NCBI GenBank assembly: GCA_048772705.1
Contig: JBLWGC010000043.1
Location: 186,001 to 250,000, forward strand
Reading direction: 5' to 3'
From: Leidyana gryllorum EB-2025a
Lineage: Eukaryota; Protista; Apicomplexa
Length of the DNA stretch: 64,000 nt
The position numbers were made by a program, and so were the translations under genes. This document shows, piece after piece, positions 19,573 to 32,391 of the stretch; positions within the stretch are counted from its first letter, which is position 1, and the number at the start of each line of letters is the position of its first letter. The notes beneath the pieces were generated by a model. The model was not told the origin of the DNA. It saw nothing but the letters and a program-made list of their open reading frames with translations, and ran no database searches.

Positions 19573-22500
19573 ATGTCGTTCCCTCACTCCGATGACCTAG
19601 GTGTCCTCGATTTCCAAGGTGACCGGAGAGTATTGTGCACGCTACTCCATCAGCGTGTTCGACAAGGCATGAACACCGCCTTCATTGATGATTCTACCAG
19701 TCTGGAGCTATTGCCCCAAAACAGACGGGACGCGGCTGAAGACTCCACAGCTTGTCAACTAGGGGAGAGAATCGCTGAACGGGTCAAAGTTGACAGGAAG
19801 AATCAATGCTTACTGTGCGCCTCAGATGCTACTGCTGCTTTCGACAGTTTCTCCCTCCTACCTTACCATATATTGCGACATTTTCAAGGACAAGTTGATG
19901 ACGAGGACCCTCACAACATCACTTTGAGACACCTGTTTGATCAGATTATGTTTTTACTCAAGAGTTTGATATGTGTAAGTGAATGTTTCTCGGCGTATTC
20001 TTCTTCAGTCTGGCAGCGACCCAGAATTGCGACGTTGTCACGTCGGCTTCAGTTTGCAGCTGCGTCTCGCTCCTGCCACCACTTGCATCGACCAATTTCT
20101 GAGAACCTTGGCGGAGCAGCGTGGACAGGATGTTGACGAGCTTGCTCTGAACTATGATTCGTGGCGAGAGCAAGCCGGACGGCTTCTGACTGCGCAGATA
20201 ATTGTGTCTCCTTGGACTGTCGACGCGTGAGTTGCCTTGGATCTTCAACTTTGAGACTGGCTTCAGGTCTTGTGTGATGCGTACATTGAGTAGTGTTATC
20301 AGCGACCCGCGTCGCGCAGGATCTTGCCATGTGCAGGTGACTAACGCTTCGATTTTAGATCCTCCGATGTTTCCGCTGGCGTGGTTCCTGACTTGTTACA
20401 GTGCCCAAACCACAACACAGGGTCTCTGCGCTGTCTTTGAAAACAGCCCCACCAATGGTGTACCAGGACCCTCGCTTCGCCCGTCTGATCTGGCAAAACT
20501 CGTGAGGAAGATGCAAGTCAGTCCTCTCCTCCTATGTGAAGTGGTTCAACACTTGCCTAATACGCCTTTGTGGTCTCAACCTTCCAGAGATACAATGGAT
20601 CCGCACTGGTATGTGCGCCATGTTTATCAAGTAAGTACCTTCCGATGACTCTCCCGATGACTCTGTGGCTTATTAATGCCAGATGTTGCACACATTGGTG
20701 ATGCTGAAATTCACCCCAGAAAGCATTCACAGTCTGTGCGCTCGCAGCTTGGCCCTACTCTTCTTCGGTGCAGCCCTCGGTATGCTGTATGATGTTGTAG
20801 GTGAACCAGTTGGACAAAGTTTCGATCGGATCTCCAGAGCCGTTGATAAAGTGAGTGTAGAAAGCAATAACAAGTTTTCACGTCTCCAGGCGCTGCAACT
20901 GATCGGTCTCACTAATGAGGCACGGCGTCGAGCGATTTGCATCCTGTGCCATCATGAGCCTTCAGTGCTCAACCAACTGGCGGCACTCACGTACCGAACG
21001 ATTATTGCCTCCGTCTGCGCACAGCTCAACTCCTTCGCCACCAACATTCCGCGATGTGTACAAGCATTCAGCGCGGAGTCCACCCAGAGCGAGACATTCA
21101 GGCTATTCAGTTCCGTGCGCAGTAGCAAAATGACTGGCAACACGCAGAAGGTGGATATGTCGAAAAGAACTGCCACACCCAAGAGCAGCCTCAGCACCAC
21201 CAGACAGGTCACATCGCGTTCAGGGGCAGGTACGCACCGCCCCGTTGAAGTACGACCACACATCGCCATGTCAAGCGCTGATCAGATAAATCTCGTCAGC
21301 CACAGAAACCGAGATGACGATGTCATAATCGAGCTGATCCTGCCTTCCGGAAAAGCACGGCCACTGCGATTGGTGTCGACAATCGGTCGAGGCAGCGCCC
21401 TACACTTCCAGGAAGCATCCACTGAAAACGTTTGTGACCTGAGAGTGCTTCTCAGTGACTACAGCGAATGTCAATTCGAACATTTTGTGCGCCGCTTCCT
21501 CTTGGAACGAGACCAGATTCTCCATCAGGTTGAGCACATCCCCGCAGGAACTCGCTCGGAACTCAGCATCACGTACACGGATGTGTTCAATTCATTATGG
21601 CGTGAACGAGACGGATTGTGGGATATTCTCGGGAACAGTGTACTCGATTTGGCCACAACGGAAGCAAGTGCAACGTCTCCTGTATTGAATACAGAGGTCG
21701 CCACCGACACGACGTTGGATCAGACTTTCGATTGGAAGACATATGCTGCTGATAGGCTGTTACGAGCCAAACGCCTGGGTCAGGAGATCTGGAAAGTCCA
21801 GACGAGTCGAAACGACAAACTGCGCATCGCTGCCTACGAATTCTTGAATCCTTCAATAAGCACCTCGTTGATCAATGCCACTGGGATATTCGATCAAAAG
21901 GAAGATGCCATGCGGGACGCCCAATTGCGATTTTTCGCCAAAGAGGGGTGGAGTACCATCGATTTGCGCCTTCTGGCTGATGATATTGCATTTGCCGGGA
22001 GATGTATGATCCGACGGGATCTGTCCAGGGAAGGGGGAGCAGCACCAGTGTCGGACAACTTGCGAGTGGCTATTTCTCCCCGACGAGACGAAATGGCATC
22101 TATTCAGACTCCGTCCAACAATGTCAGTCCACGAACTCAGGGAGACCGCGGTCAGCGTCAGGCCAAACTGAGTTTACCTTTGGCTTGGCTGGAAGAATCC
22201 GCTGACAAGGATTTTGTGGCAGCCATCAAGCATCCTTTGGTACTCAGATTGACGCGAAGTGGGGATCCCAGAGCACCGGTGAAAGTGGGTGACGAATATT
22301 CACATCCTCTTTTCGCGGTCGTCGACGAAGTCGAACGTCTCATTGCCGATCTTACCTCAAAATTGGGATCTTCAGGCAAAGAATCTACAACCGCATGGCG
22401 GTTATGGACCCACCACACATTAACTTACAACACAGACGATGGAGTGGATGCTCTTTATAGTAAGATCACCCGCACCAGCATACCGGTGAGCACAATCTCA

Positions 22501-24007
22501 CTCACTCTATGATCACGCCTTTGATCAGGCTTTGGTTGACGCAGCACAAAGGAACCATCCTATCCGGATAAAATACGAATCTTTCTGCCGTTTGTTCGAA
22601 AAGTTATTGCCACCTACCCACTATCCATCACTACTGCACACCCAGCTCAAGCATCTGTCCACCTTGATACAGTCTGATCAGAAAGTGCACGATGGCGAGT
22701 TCAAATCTGTTCGAACACTCCTTGAAAGTACCAATCACGCTGAACTTCCCCTCCGCCAGGCTCAAACATGGTACATACTCAATTGGTCTTTCGGTATCTG
22801 CAAGAGTGATTACGTGATGGGCAAGCGTCTCCTGTTTGTGCGCCGTCGCACATTCGCCAAACTGCTGAAAATGCGTCAAGAGCTGATAGTTGCGTCCAAC
22901 GCCACTCTGGCATTGCGTGTGAAGAACGCATTCGCATCCATTTTCACACGAAGGAGGTACCTGAAGGCTCGGAACATCATCATCCGGATTCAAAGTTTGT
23001 GGCGAAAGAAAGTGTCGGAGAGGCGGATGACGAATAATCGTATGACGCACATTCCGTTCTTTTATGCAGCCTTATTGGTCTTTGTGTTCACACAAGACTA
23101 CTACGACGCAGGGCGTAAATTACGATCACGCCACCACGAAGCAACGCGCAACTTGGGCACAGCGGAGAACTTCAGAGAAGGAGCGGCTCTGCGGATACAG
23201 AGTTGGTGGAGAGCTACGCGGGCTCAGGCACGTCTCCGGCACATGAAAGAGAAAGTGATCTTCCGACAGCAATCTGCTTATATCCAGGTAAAATGAGTAC
23301 AGTGCTTACACTTCATGCTTCTTGACTTCCCTTCAGCGCTTCGTGAGAATGTTCAACGCCCGAATGGAGATCTACGAGAGAGTCAAAGGAGCTTCCCAAC
23401 CGGGCGACCGGAACGGAAAGGCTTCGTCTACTGGCCGACTGATTGACTTTGACCATCCAGACGTCTTGCAAGCCACGATCACCATACAGCGATTTTGGAA
23501 GGGGCGTCCTCGTGCCATGGCCGCCCGCCGATTCGCCAACGGATTGCGTTCAATGGTATTCCCATTGGTACGGATTGCGAGAACTCTTCAAGTGCTCGAG
23601 TCAATGACTATGCGGCAAGCACTCAGAGACACCAGCCGGAAAGATCAAGATTTCCAACGGTTTAGGGCTAGTGGTCATATGTCACAGCAGGATAGAGCAC
23701 GAAGAAAGGCCATCATGATACAGTCTGCGTGGCGAGGGTACTTTATCAGGCATCAATTCCTCGATCTGAGTCGTACAGCGTGGATGGTCCAGACCTTCCT
23801 CCACACTCAACTGGCAAGGGTAAGTAACTGGTTAAGGTCAGGGGTCGATGCATTCTCATATATCAGGTGCGGCTCATGACGGCTGTGAAAGCCGTGCGGA
23901 CATTGCAACGATGGTGGAGGGCTTTGCGAGCGTGTAGGGCTCCGCTGGAGGGTAATGTGATGCTGCGGGGCCGAGTCCAACCAGTGAGTCGACCAAGGCT
24001 CCTATGA
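19573..24007 (+). CDS. Highly divergent myosin-like protein with multiple IQ motifs (multi-exon)
   Basis: Collinear degenerate motor landmarks: DDLGVL, KNQCLL, LAALTYRTII..LNS, DYSECQF, GIFDQ, HTLTY, HPIRIKYESF, DYVMGKRLLFVR. IQ motifs follow: IQSLWR, IQSWWR, IQRFWKG, IQSAWRG, LQRWWR. The 3' end is approximate. Confidence 0.7.
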
Positions 24008-24031
24008 GTAGCTGAAACAAAGTGAACAACA

Positions 24032-25300
24032 TCACTCCCGTGTGCGTCGAAGAAGGGCACGACCGAGATGTAACCTTTTGGGGAGGGGAGTGTATTTGAG
24101 TGTCGACCCAATACTCAACACAACCAATGACGTCGTCGGTACTTTGACCAAAACATGCAAACCGTAACGAGCAACCTTAGGGGACTCGTCCTCGACGGTT
24201 GGACAAATGATTAGATAATCTTCTAATGCATCGAGATCAAAGCGTGGTCGATCAGAAGGGCACATGGGTTCTGCGTCACCACTGATCCAAACGCCAGGAA
24301 CCAGTGTTCTTTGTCTCAGAAGTTCGCTCATTAACAAACTATCAGGATCACCTTCCGAAGTACGAATACACTCCGGAGGCAGATGCAAAGGTATACTTGT
24401 GGCAACAAGATGGAGCTCCTCATCATTACATAAGAGTCTGGTGGGATCCGCAACGCCCGTTACAACGTGAAGTAATAGGGAAGTTCCTTGAGAAGCGGCA
24501 GCCTCGTCGAGCGCGGCTCGCCTTGTTGAAAAAGAGCAAGCTTGCGGTACCAATAGTAACAAGCAGCTGATATGTTCTTTCAGGTTGGCATCTCTTCGCA
24601 AGATGTCTGGGCGAGAGACAATGTGTCGGCCCTGTGAAGCCCCAATAACTCACCACATAGTTCGTGCACATATTTCGAGTCGTGATTGCGGGCGAGGGTG
24701 GCCAGAGCAATGGATATACCCTCCGGAACTATGTTTTGTTGACGAACACTGGGAATGGTGTCGCCGGATATGATTTGTCCGGTTGAGGAGTGTTGCAGAA
24801 TTTGACCGACATAGAGGACTTGCGGCGCTGGGGAGCCGAGTGAAGCGTCCGACAATACATCAGCAGGTTCGAGCGTGTGGGCTCGCACTGTGGTCACTTC
24901 GCGCCGCCGAGTGTCCACCCCCACCACTCTCAAAAGCTCAGCTTGGGGGTTTCTGCTCCGCAACCGTTCCACTTGATCGCCTACGTCGATTATTATGAAC
25001 ACGTGGTCGTCTCCGTCTCCGCCTACGCAGACTGACGAAAGCATGGCGCTCGTTGTAATCGCAAACTTGTGTTTCAGCATCGACGACGGATGGCGCCCTC
25101 ACAGCGACCTTACAGCGTCTTGTCATTTGGGCAGTGCCGTAAATGTCTTCAAACGCCCCGATCTTAAGTGGCGGGAGATTGGAGTTGAGAATCAAGTCAC
25201 CCTTGAGACAGTTCGCAGTCACTCTGTCAGAGAATACCGAGGGGAGTTTGTCTCTCACTTATTGGCCAACTCCAGTGCGGCCTCGGGGTCACACTGGAAG
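24032..25300 (-). CDS. Hypothetical protein (multi-exon, boundaries uncertain)
   Basis: Chained minus-strand ORFs 24938-25258, 24580-25080 and 24032-24601 with protein-like composition. No motif recognised. Confidence 0.35.
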
Positions 25301-25740
25301 TCGTCATATGATGGCTGACTCTCAGCAGCGAGCGGCTGCACCGCAATGGTCTCTAGAACCCGATTGTAGCGATCTTTCATATTCAGTGGGACAAATGGTT
25401 TCGACTACCTCCCACACTAAATTTGATACACCCGTGCCCACCAGTATCTTACCAGCCAACAGGTGTCACTTTCTAGCCATATACACCAGTGTAGGGGGAG
25501 GTACGAGATGTGAGTAGAAATCCCCTGTCAAATCTGTTGATTCTGTAGTGCAGCCGGCCCCTCTATTGCTTTCTACTGACTGGCTTTCACCTTCTCAAAG
25601 CCATTAACTGAGCAGCGTCGCACTAACTTCCTTCTGATGGTCCTCAGAGGTCCTCGCAATCCTCCAATCCCAATCAGCTGACGAGACGAACCGGCCGAAG
25701 GCTGTGTATCCCACAGCTGGAAAAAGTAGTTTTGAGCACA

Positions 25741-26463
25741 ATGAGGTGGATTACATTATTATTGGCCAGCGGAGCAACGCTCGCTGCTGCCGGTCCCTTC
25801 CGCCTCATTATTGACGAACTTTTGGATGCGGGAGCAGACTTGGTCGACTCAGTGTCAGATCTTTTGGAGGGACCTCACGCTTACGAAGATGACCAAGACA
25901 AGGTAATCGGTTTGGCCGCGGTGTCAGGGTGCGCCAAGTACGATGGCAAATGTAAAGCCTGCGTTAAATCGTCAGTCTGCGTCTACTGCGCTGATACCAG
26001 TAAGAACTCACTTGCCACCAATGCTCTATGTCATTGTCGCGCGGCTCCTCAAGTCGGGTGCAGTCGGGTGCACCCATAAGGGGGAGTCGCAGTACTGCGT
26101 GTTGATCAAAGGGCCGTGAGTTTGGACGAGTTCCGGCTACACCCGCTAGCCCACGCGTGTGCATTGTTCACAACTATCTCCTCGTGCTACATTCTCTGGC
26201 TTCGCACCCATCCTCACCTGTATTATTAAAGACAATCCCTGTGTTTGGCAGAGCGATGCGTTGAATCTAGCAGCGACGAAACTCAGATCAACACGTGTAC
26301 ATGGATAAGCAAGAAGCGGAAATGTCCGGGAGGACTAAACTGGTGGCAAATCCTACTCATTGTGTTGGCATGTATCTGTTTGGCCCCCCTGATTGCTCTC
26401 TGTTGCTTTGTATATGTGATCAAGAAGTTATGTTGTCCAAACGACACGGAGATGGACGACTAA
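25741..26463 (+). CDS. Small type I membrane protein with signal peptide and PSI-like Cys-rich domain
   Basis: Signal peptide MRWITLLLASGATLAAA. Cys pattern CAKY..KCKACV..SVCVYC..KRCV...C..C. Intron 26000-26251 restores the frame. TM WWQILLIVLACICLAPLIALCCFVYVI. Confidence 0.7.
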
Positions 26464-26582
26464 ACTGACAGTTAAGTACCAATTTGATCATCACTTTTTG
26501 GGTGTGTAAGACAAGGGAGGTGCAAACTAGGTTTTTTTGAGTGCGCTTTGCTGTGGTTCCCTCGCTTGGGACCGAGACACTG

Positions 26583-29500
26583 ATGGTGGGGAGGAAGACA
26601 GTCGCACCCCACAACCCGCTCCCCCGCGACCACAAGTATCTGTCTCTTGCGTCGTTGTGCAACACGCTGGTGGTGTTGCATTTCGCCCTTGCAGCTGGGC
26701 AGGTGCTCCTTTCCAATATCTTGGTACCCTTATCCACTGAACTGAAGCGGCAGTCATACCACGCATTGGACGACGAATCTCGTATTCTGGACGCGCTAAA
26801 TGCCACCGGAGATGTCACACCTACAGCGCGCGAGGCGGCGCAAGTCTTAGCTCTCATTTTGCCCCATGGTGCGAACAATCTCCAAGGGAGTACTGTCGGC
26901 CTGGATAAGCTTCTGTTCAATGGGGTTCTAATCAACGTCGCCGCTGCTGCGCTATATATTCTCTGTGGATTACTGCTGCGGTCCAGGACAACGTTTGCGG
27001 CCCGCCTTACATTGAGTTTGCTCTTGGCTACCGACTTGAGTTTGCTATTGCTAGTTCTTTCTGACGTCTTGTATGGGGTGACTGCTAATCTCAAGTTGCC
27101 CTTCTGGCCCCTCAGTGTTTGGAGCGATCTCGTGCTGCAGCAGCTCGCGATTCATCGCCTCTATCCCGTTTCTCCCGAGAAGTACGCGAACTTGAACATT
27201 GCTACAATCGCAAATATGAATGATCTCCTGCACATTGATCGCCTTTGTACCATTCGAGGTCTCAAATTATTGAACAAGATGTTTGAACCGTCGATGAGTT
27301 TCACCCAATTCTTATTCCAATGTCTGGGAGAGGTTTGGAAGAACACTCGTCACGGCATGATCCCGATCATCGCCGTGGGGGCAGGCGCATTCATTCTGGA
27401 TGTGATCCCTCTCTTCTATGTCATCCATCTGAGTCTTAGAGTCTTGCCGAATGTCCTTCGAACAATCCGACCCTACAGACGGGTCCTTATCGGGCCATTG
27501 GTGTATCTGGGCTGCTGTCTTGCACTCGCTCAAGTCTTCCTGTGCCACTACCCGTCTTGTACCATGAATGATCAGATACCATACCAAGCGACAACTCATC
27601 AACGAGATACCCCTCGGTACCTCCTCTTCACTAAATCGTTCCTGACTCGCCCCGGGCAGCCTCGCACGGCCGTCGACATCTTCCTTCCTCCCACCCAGTT
27701 TATGAGGGCTCTGGAGGGTATTGCGGCTCGTGACCCTGGAGGCAAGATCAGCCCACTCCCCCGTGCTCAATGTGTCAATCCCCTCGACAACAGAACTGAT
27801 TCTCTGCCTTGGGGCATCAGTGAACCAATCCCAGACGAAGGGACGGAAATCGGCAAGGGCCCCACTTTCATATCAGCCACACGCTACAATCGAAGAATGG
27901 GTTTGAGATGGCCATTCACCAGCATGAAGGTGTGGGGGCAGGAGGCGGGCGCGGGGAGCGTTGCGATATGGACATGGCCTCTTACACGCGGACTGGTGGA
28001 GCAACAATTCCCCGTCGTAATTCTGGACGCCAGAGGGACCGGAGCCAGCCAGGGTATCAGATTAATCGACCTGGATGAACCCGAAATTGAGGACTTTGAT
28101 TTGGTCGCACAATGGACCAAATCTCGCTTCTGGTCGGATGGTATTCTGGCCGGTGGTGGAGTCAGTTATGACGGCTTGACTGCCTTGAAGTTGGCAGCCC
28201 GGAACAATTCACCGCTGGACATTGTTGTGGCAATGTACTCACCCCTCCACCCCGTTACCGATCTTCTACAAAACAACGGCATGGCGTGCCGCAGCTTCGT
28301 GGATGACTATTCCGGCTTGACAAAAGCCTTTGAGCGCAGGGGGAGTCCCTTATGGCATTGGTTGTCTTCCGATGCTTCCTACATTCCATTCCAGATCAAA
28401 CTCGGGGTAAGTACAGAACCGGGGATAGCTCAACACAATCGTTGCTTTAGTTCCTCTTTACCTTCCGTCTACCCTCTGCTCCGCGGGGATGGGAAGAAGG
28501 CTTTGGAAGAACTTCGCTGCATGGACGAACTGATAACTGGGACATGAAGAGGATAGCTGATACGACCCTCTTCACCGACGATCACATTGTTCTGCCTGGA
28601 GGTCGACGAGTGACCGCTCAGGAAGGAGGCGTCAATGAACTTGACTTCCAGCGCATAATCGACCGCAAAATACCATCATATTGGAGCGCAGGCCTGTGTG
28701 ACTCGACCGCGGTTCGGCGGATGGAGGCCATGTTCCCGCGTCTCAACCACGAAGACTCTTTCCATCGACTGCTGGTTGGTCCATGGGGTCATGGGGGTCG
28801 AAGAGGCTGCGGACATCAGGGTACCTGGGCGTGTGGTGACGACGATGGCTTCCGTGACATGGTTGCATTCGTTCGGAAGTCAGCCAAAGCGTTGAAGAAT
28901 CCACGCGAAACTTCCCCAATCAGTTCTCGTCTCTCATACTTAGACGGAGGAGTGGGCTGGGTGGAACGCCCCTTGAAACCTACACGGCGGAAAGCCGTCC
29001 AATTGACCTTTGGCGATCGCCTCAAGCCTGCTAAGGAGTCCGCGACCAGAGATTTGTCAGCTATCAATCCGAAGCATCTGGTGGCTGTCCCCGATGGATT
29101 GTGGTGGGACCTACGAGAGCACTTGCGACGGAGAGATTGGTCGGGAGTGGGTCACGACTTATCGGAAATAGCGCTGGTGCTGGGGAGCCGTCTGAATCAG
29201 ATACTGTCGTCCATGCAGACTTTGATCAAAGTTCTCTGGCGACAGCTTCTGACCCCGGTAGACCCGCGATTGTCACAATTCGGTTCCCCCGCAGTGGAGA
29301 ATGTGACTTGGGTGGAGTTGTCTTCGTCGTCTGACTTCGCCACCACCGGCAGTTTGTCGCGTTGGTCAATTGTTCAGCATTTGATGCGGATGCCACTTGA
29401 CACAGGTCATGTCCTTCGTTGCTCGCAGAAACTCAGAAGTCTGATCCAACGTGCTCGGCAAATCGTTAACCGTGATTTGCCCGAAACTCTGCTTGAGCTG

Positions 29501-30146
29501 TGGTCAGAACCCTTGTCTCAGCCAGTCATTGCGGAAGGCATCCCAAGGATCCAAGTCCCGTTCTTATTGCTTCGTTCGGACTTGGAAGAACTGCGGGGGG
29601 CCCATCTCGATTGGGCAGTGGTAGCTGTGCTGCAGTCGGACGACAAGTATCTCAGCGAAGGCAGAGCACTGACGTCGTTCGCTTCAAGGGTGGCTGTACC
29701 CCTCTACAACCTCACCAGGTAAGCCTGTGGCTCTGTACCTTCACAAAGGTTTATGCAGTGACCTATCGGCGGCTATCCACGCCGGCAATCCAATTTCACA
29801 CCCTATAGATGATCTCAATCTGAACAGGAGAGAAGATTTCCGACCCATCTCGGACCTCTTCGAGGACGAGCATGTGGAAGGTGTTCTGGTTTTCTTAAGG
29901 TTCCAATTAGAATCTGTATCGACCAAGCTGCCCAAGGGGTCCAAACTCAGATTAACGCTACTTCCCGAAGATTACACAAATTTCCCTTGGAAACGAACGG
30001 CTCATAAGATGCAAATCTATGGAACGGATCCAACCTTTCGTTACAAATCCATCCACCAAGCCCAAAAATGGAGAATCCCAATGTCTGCCAATGCAAGCCG
30101 CGACTTGGGGTGGCTACTGTTGCCATTGGCATCAGACACATTATAG
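26583..30146 (+). CDS. CocE/NonD (peptidase S15-like) serine hydrolase with N-terminal multi-TM region
   Basis: ILDARGTGASQG, nucleophile GGVSYDG (GxSYxG), RLLVGPWGHG, and a C-terminal jelly-roll-like part (YLSEG, LPKGSKLRLTL). Several hydrophobic helices lie upstream. At least 2 introns. Confidence 0.8.
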
Positions 30147-30180
30147 CTAGTAGGATAATTTGATTATGACTTTTGTTCAT

Positions 30181-30594
30181 TTATCTGCGAATGAGTCTCT
30201 TAAGTAAATCCCACACCATGAATCGTGGTTCTTCACAAGCTTCTTCAGAAGCGATGGACACATCATCGAAATCAGTGACCCAATCGGGTTCATCGACTGC
30301 AGTAATAGAGTCGCACTCATTGGCACGTGGGGGTAGCTCGCTGCTGGGCTTGATGGTGTCTGTGATTGTTCCGACTGCTCTGCCTGTGATACGGGCTATG
30401 GAAACTCCTGTTTGCACCAGATTGTAGATGCGCTTCGAGTACTTCAGAGAGGTTATCAAAATCATAGGAATATGACATGAAATGAGCAGCCCTGCGCTGG
30501 GGCGCATCAACCGGCTGAATGATCCTGCAATCATGGGGCACACAACACCATTTCCCTGCACACCATTCAGCACACACCCCCGTGTTTGTGCCAT
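30181..30594 (-). CDS. Small hypothetical protein
   Basis: ORF fills the gap between two + strand genes and has an acidic C-terminal half. The start is uncertain. Confidence 0.3.
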   Translation of the reverse strand: MAQTRGCVLNGVQGNGVVCPMIAGSFSRLMRPSAGLLISCHIPMILITSLKYSKRIYNLVQTGVSIARITGRAVGTITDTIKPSSELPPRANECDSITAVDEPDWVTDFDDVSIASEEACEEPRFMVWDLLKRLIRR

Positions 30595-30640
30595 TGACGT
30601 CAGTAGTTGCTAACCAAAGAACAATGTTGTACAAAAGCGA

Positions 30641-32391
30641 ATGGGCTCTGGGCAATTCCGTTATTTGGCGGTCGGGTTGGTCCTATGCCTTCGAATAACG
30701 GTATTGTCGTTGCTCTGCTTCGCTAGCACGCGCCTGTTGACCAACCTGTCACTATATACGGTTCTGTTCTGGGCGGTGTGTGGTCTTTCGGTCGCTTTCT
30801 ATCTGAAGTGTTCCCTTTCTGATCCGTAAGCCTCCGGCACCCACTTTTATATCGTGCGTAGTGGTGTACAAGTGTGGTGCCCGTCACAATACCTGACCAC
30901 CAGCGATAGGGAAAGAGCTCCCAGCGTGTAAGTCCCTCCAGCTCAAAAGTCGGAAACTTGACATTGGGAACAGTGGGCGCAGATGGATACTGGAAGAGAA
31001 GAGATTGAAGGAGCTGAGTCGTGGTCATCGATCGCGACGCAGCATTCTTCAGAGTGAAAGCAGCGAGTACAGCGCGGACAGCGACTCTGACTCCACCTCC
31101 GAGGCAGGGGGGATCGGTGTGGTAGATTTGGGCACCAGAAATACGATTGAGTACGGGGGCGTTTCGGTGGTTCACAAAGATACTGTATGTATCCAAATGG
31201 AGTTGTCCGCATCGACTGAGACGGCCACCACGGTAAAGCCCAATGACCTACCTCTGGGGCGCCGGCCAGATACTGAGGAAGACCCGTCATTGCATCTGGC
31301 GACTATAGTCGATTCGGTGAGACGGCATGCAAACTCTCAGCTATCTGCAGCTTAGCCGGATAACAGTAAGCTTCGAAGATTCCGGAGGGTCACTTACTGG
31401 CTCTTGTGGACTCGTAATTTGTGCTATGGCTGCTCGGGATGCCTAGCCCACTCTGGATTCGTGCTCAGCAAGCGAGTGGTCAGGGGGTTGAGGCTGCTCT
31501 TCGGACCTTGGTGGGACCTTTTTCGATACCAAGACCCTGGCAGAAGAATCAATGAGGCGCATCCCGTTGATCTATTTCGGTTGGGGACGAGTGCCATGTA
31601 TCAAGGAGCGGAGCGATTGTCCTTCTGTGAGGCATGTAATCAATGGCGTTTGTTGCGGGCGAAGCACTGTCGGTCATGTGGCGTGTGTGTACGACTGTAT
31701 GATCACCACTGTCCGTGGTTAGGGCAGTGCGTGGGAGAGCGTACGCGGCTACATTTCTGTTGGTTTCTATTCATTCAAACGGTGGAGTTGGGCTGGGTTG
31801 TGGGCGAAGCATTCTACGCTGTCTTGGTTGCGGACCACAAGTGGTTGGACGACCCAAGTCAACCCCCGTCTGTCCTCTTTCCTCGTATCGCACTGCTCGT
31901 CATGGTGGTGATTCTGATATGCCTTTGGCTTATGACTTTCGGTCTCTACTTCTACCACGCCTTCCTGGTCCTTACAAATCTCTCCACATGGGAAACGATT
32001 GCTTGGGACAATATTTCGTATCTCAAGCATCGTGAGAAGCTGGCAGGCAGCCCATTTTCGTCCAGATCCGTATGCGAAAATCTAGGTAAGAATCTGCCTG
32101 GAGGGATGTCAAATCGTTGCAGCCATATTCAACCTGCCCTCGTTGTTGGCCACTGGGCAACTTCGCCGAGCCTTGACGATTGCAGGCAGAGTGGGCAAGC
32201 ATTTGAGCTTGGGTCCCTACGGCGAGCTTTTGTGGAGAGCTCGGCCCTGCAGCAGTGAGTGTGCCGTGCCGCCGTTGAGAGTTATGTGCTTGCAGCTTTC
32301 GAGACGAGTGACGCCGATGAGTCACAGGCACCATGTGCAAATCATAGATGCTGCAATATATACGAGTATTGTATCTGAGTATGGCTTATAG
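30641..32391 (+). CDS. DHHC palmitoyl S-acyltransferase (multi-exon)
   Basis: FCEACNQWRLLRAKHCRSCGVCVRLYDHHCPWLGQCVGER, flanking TMs, NLSTWE (TTxE-like), SPF, and N-terminal TMs ending in SDP. Confidence 0.93.
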
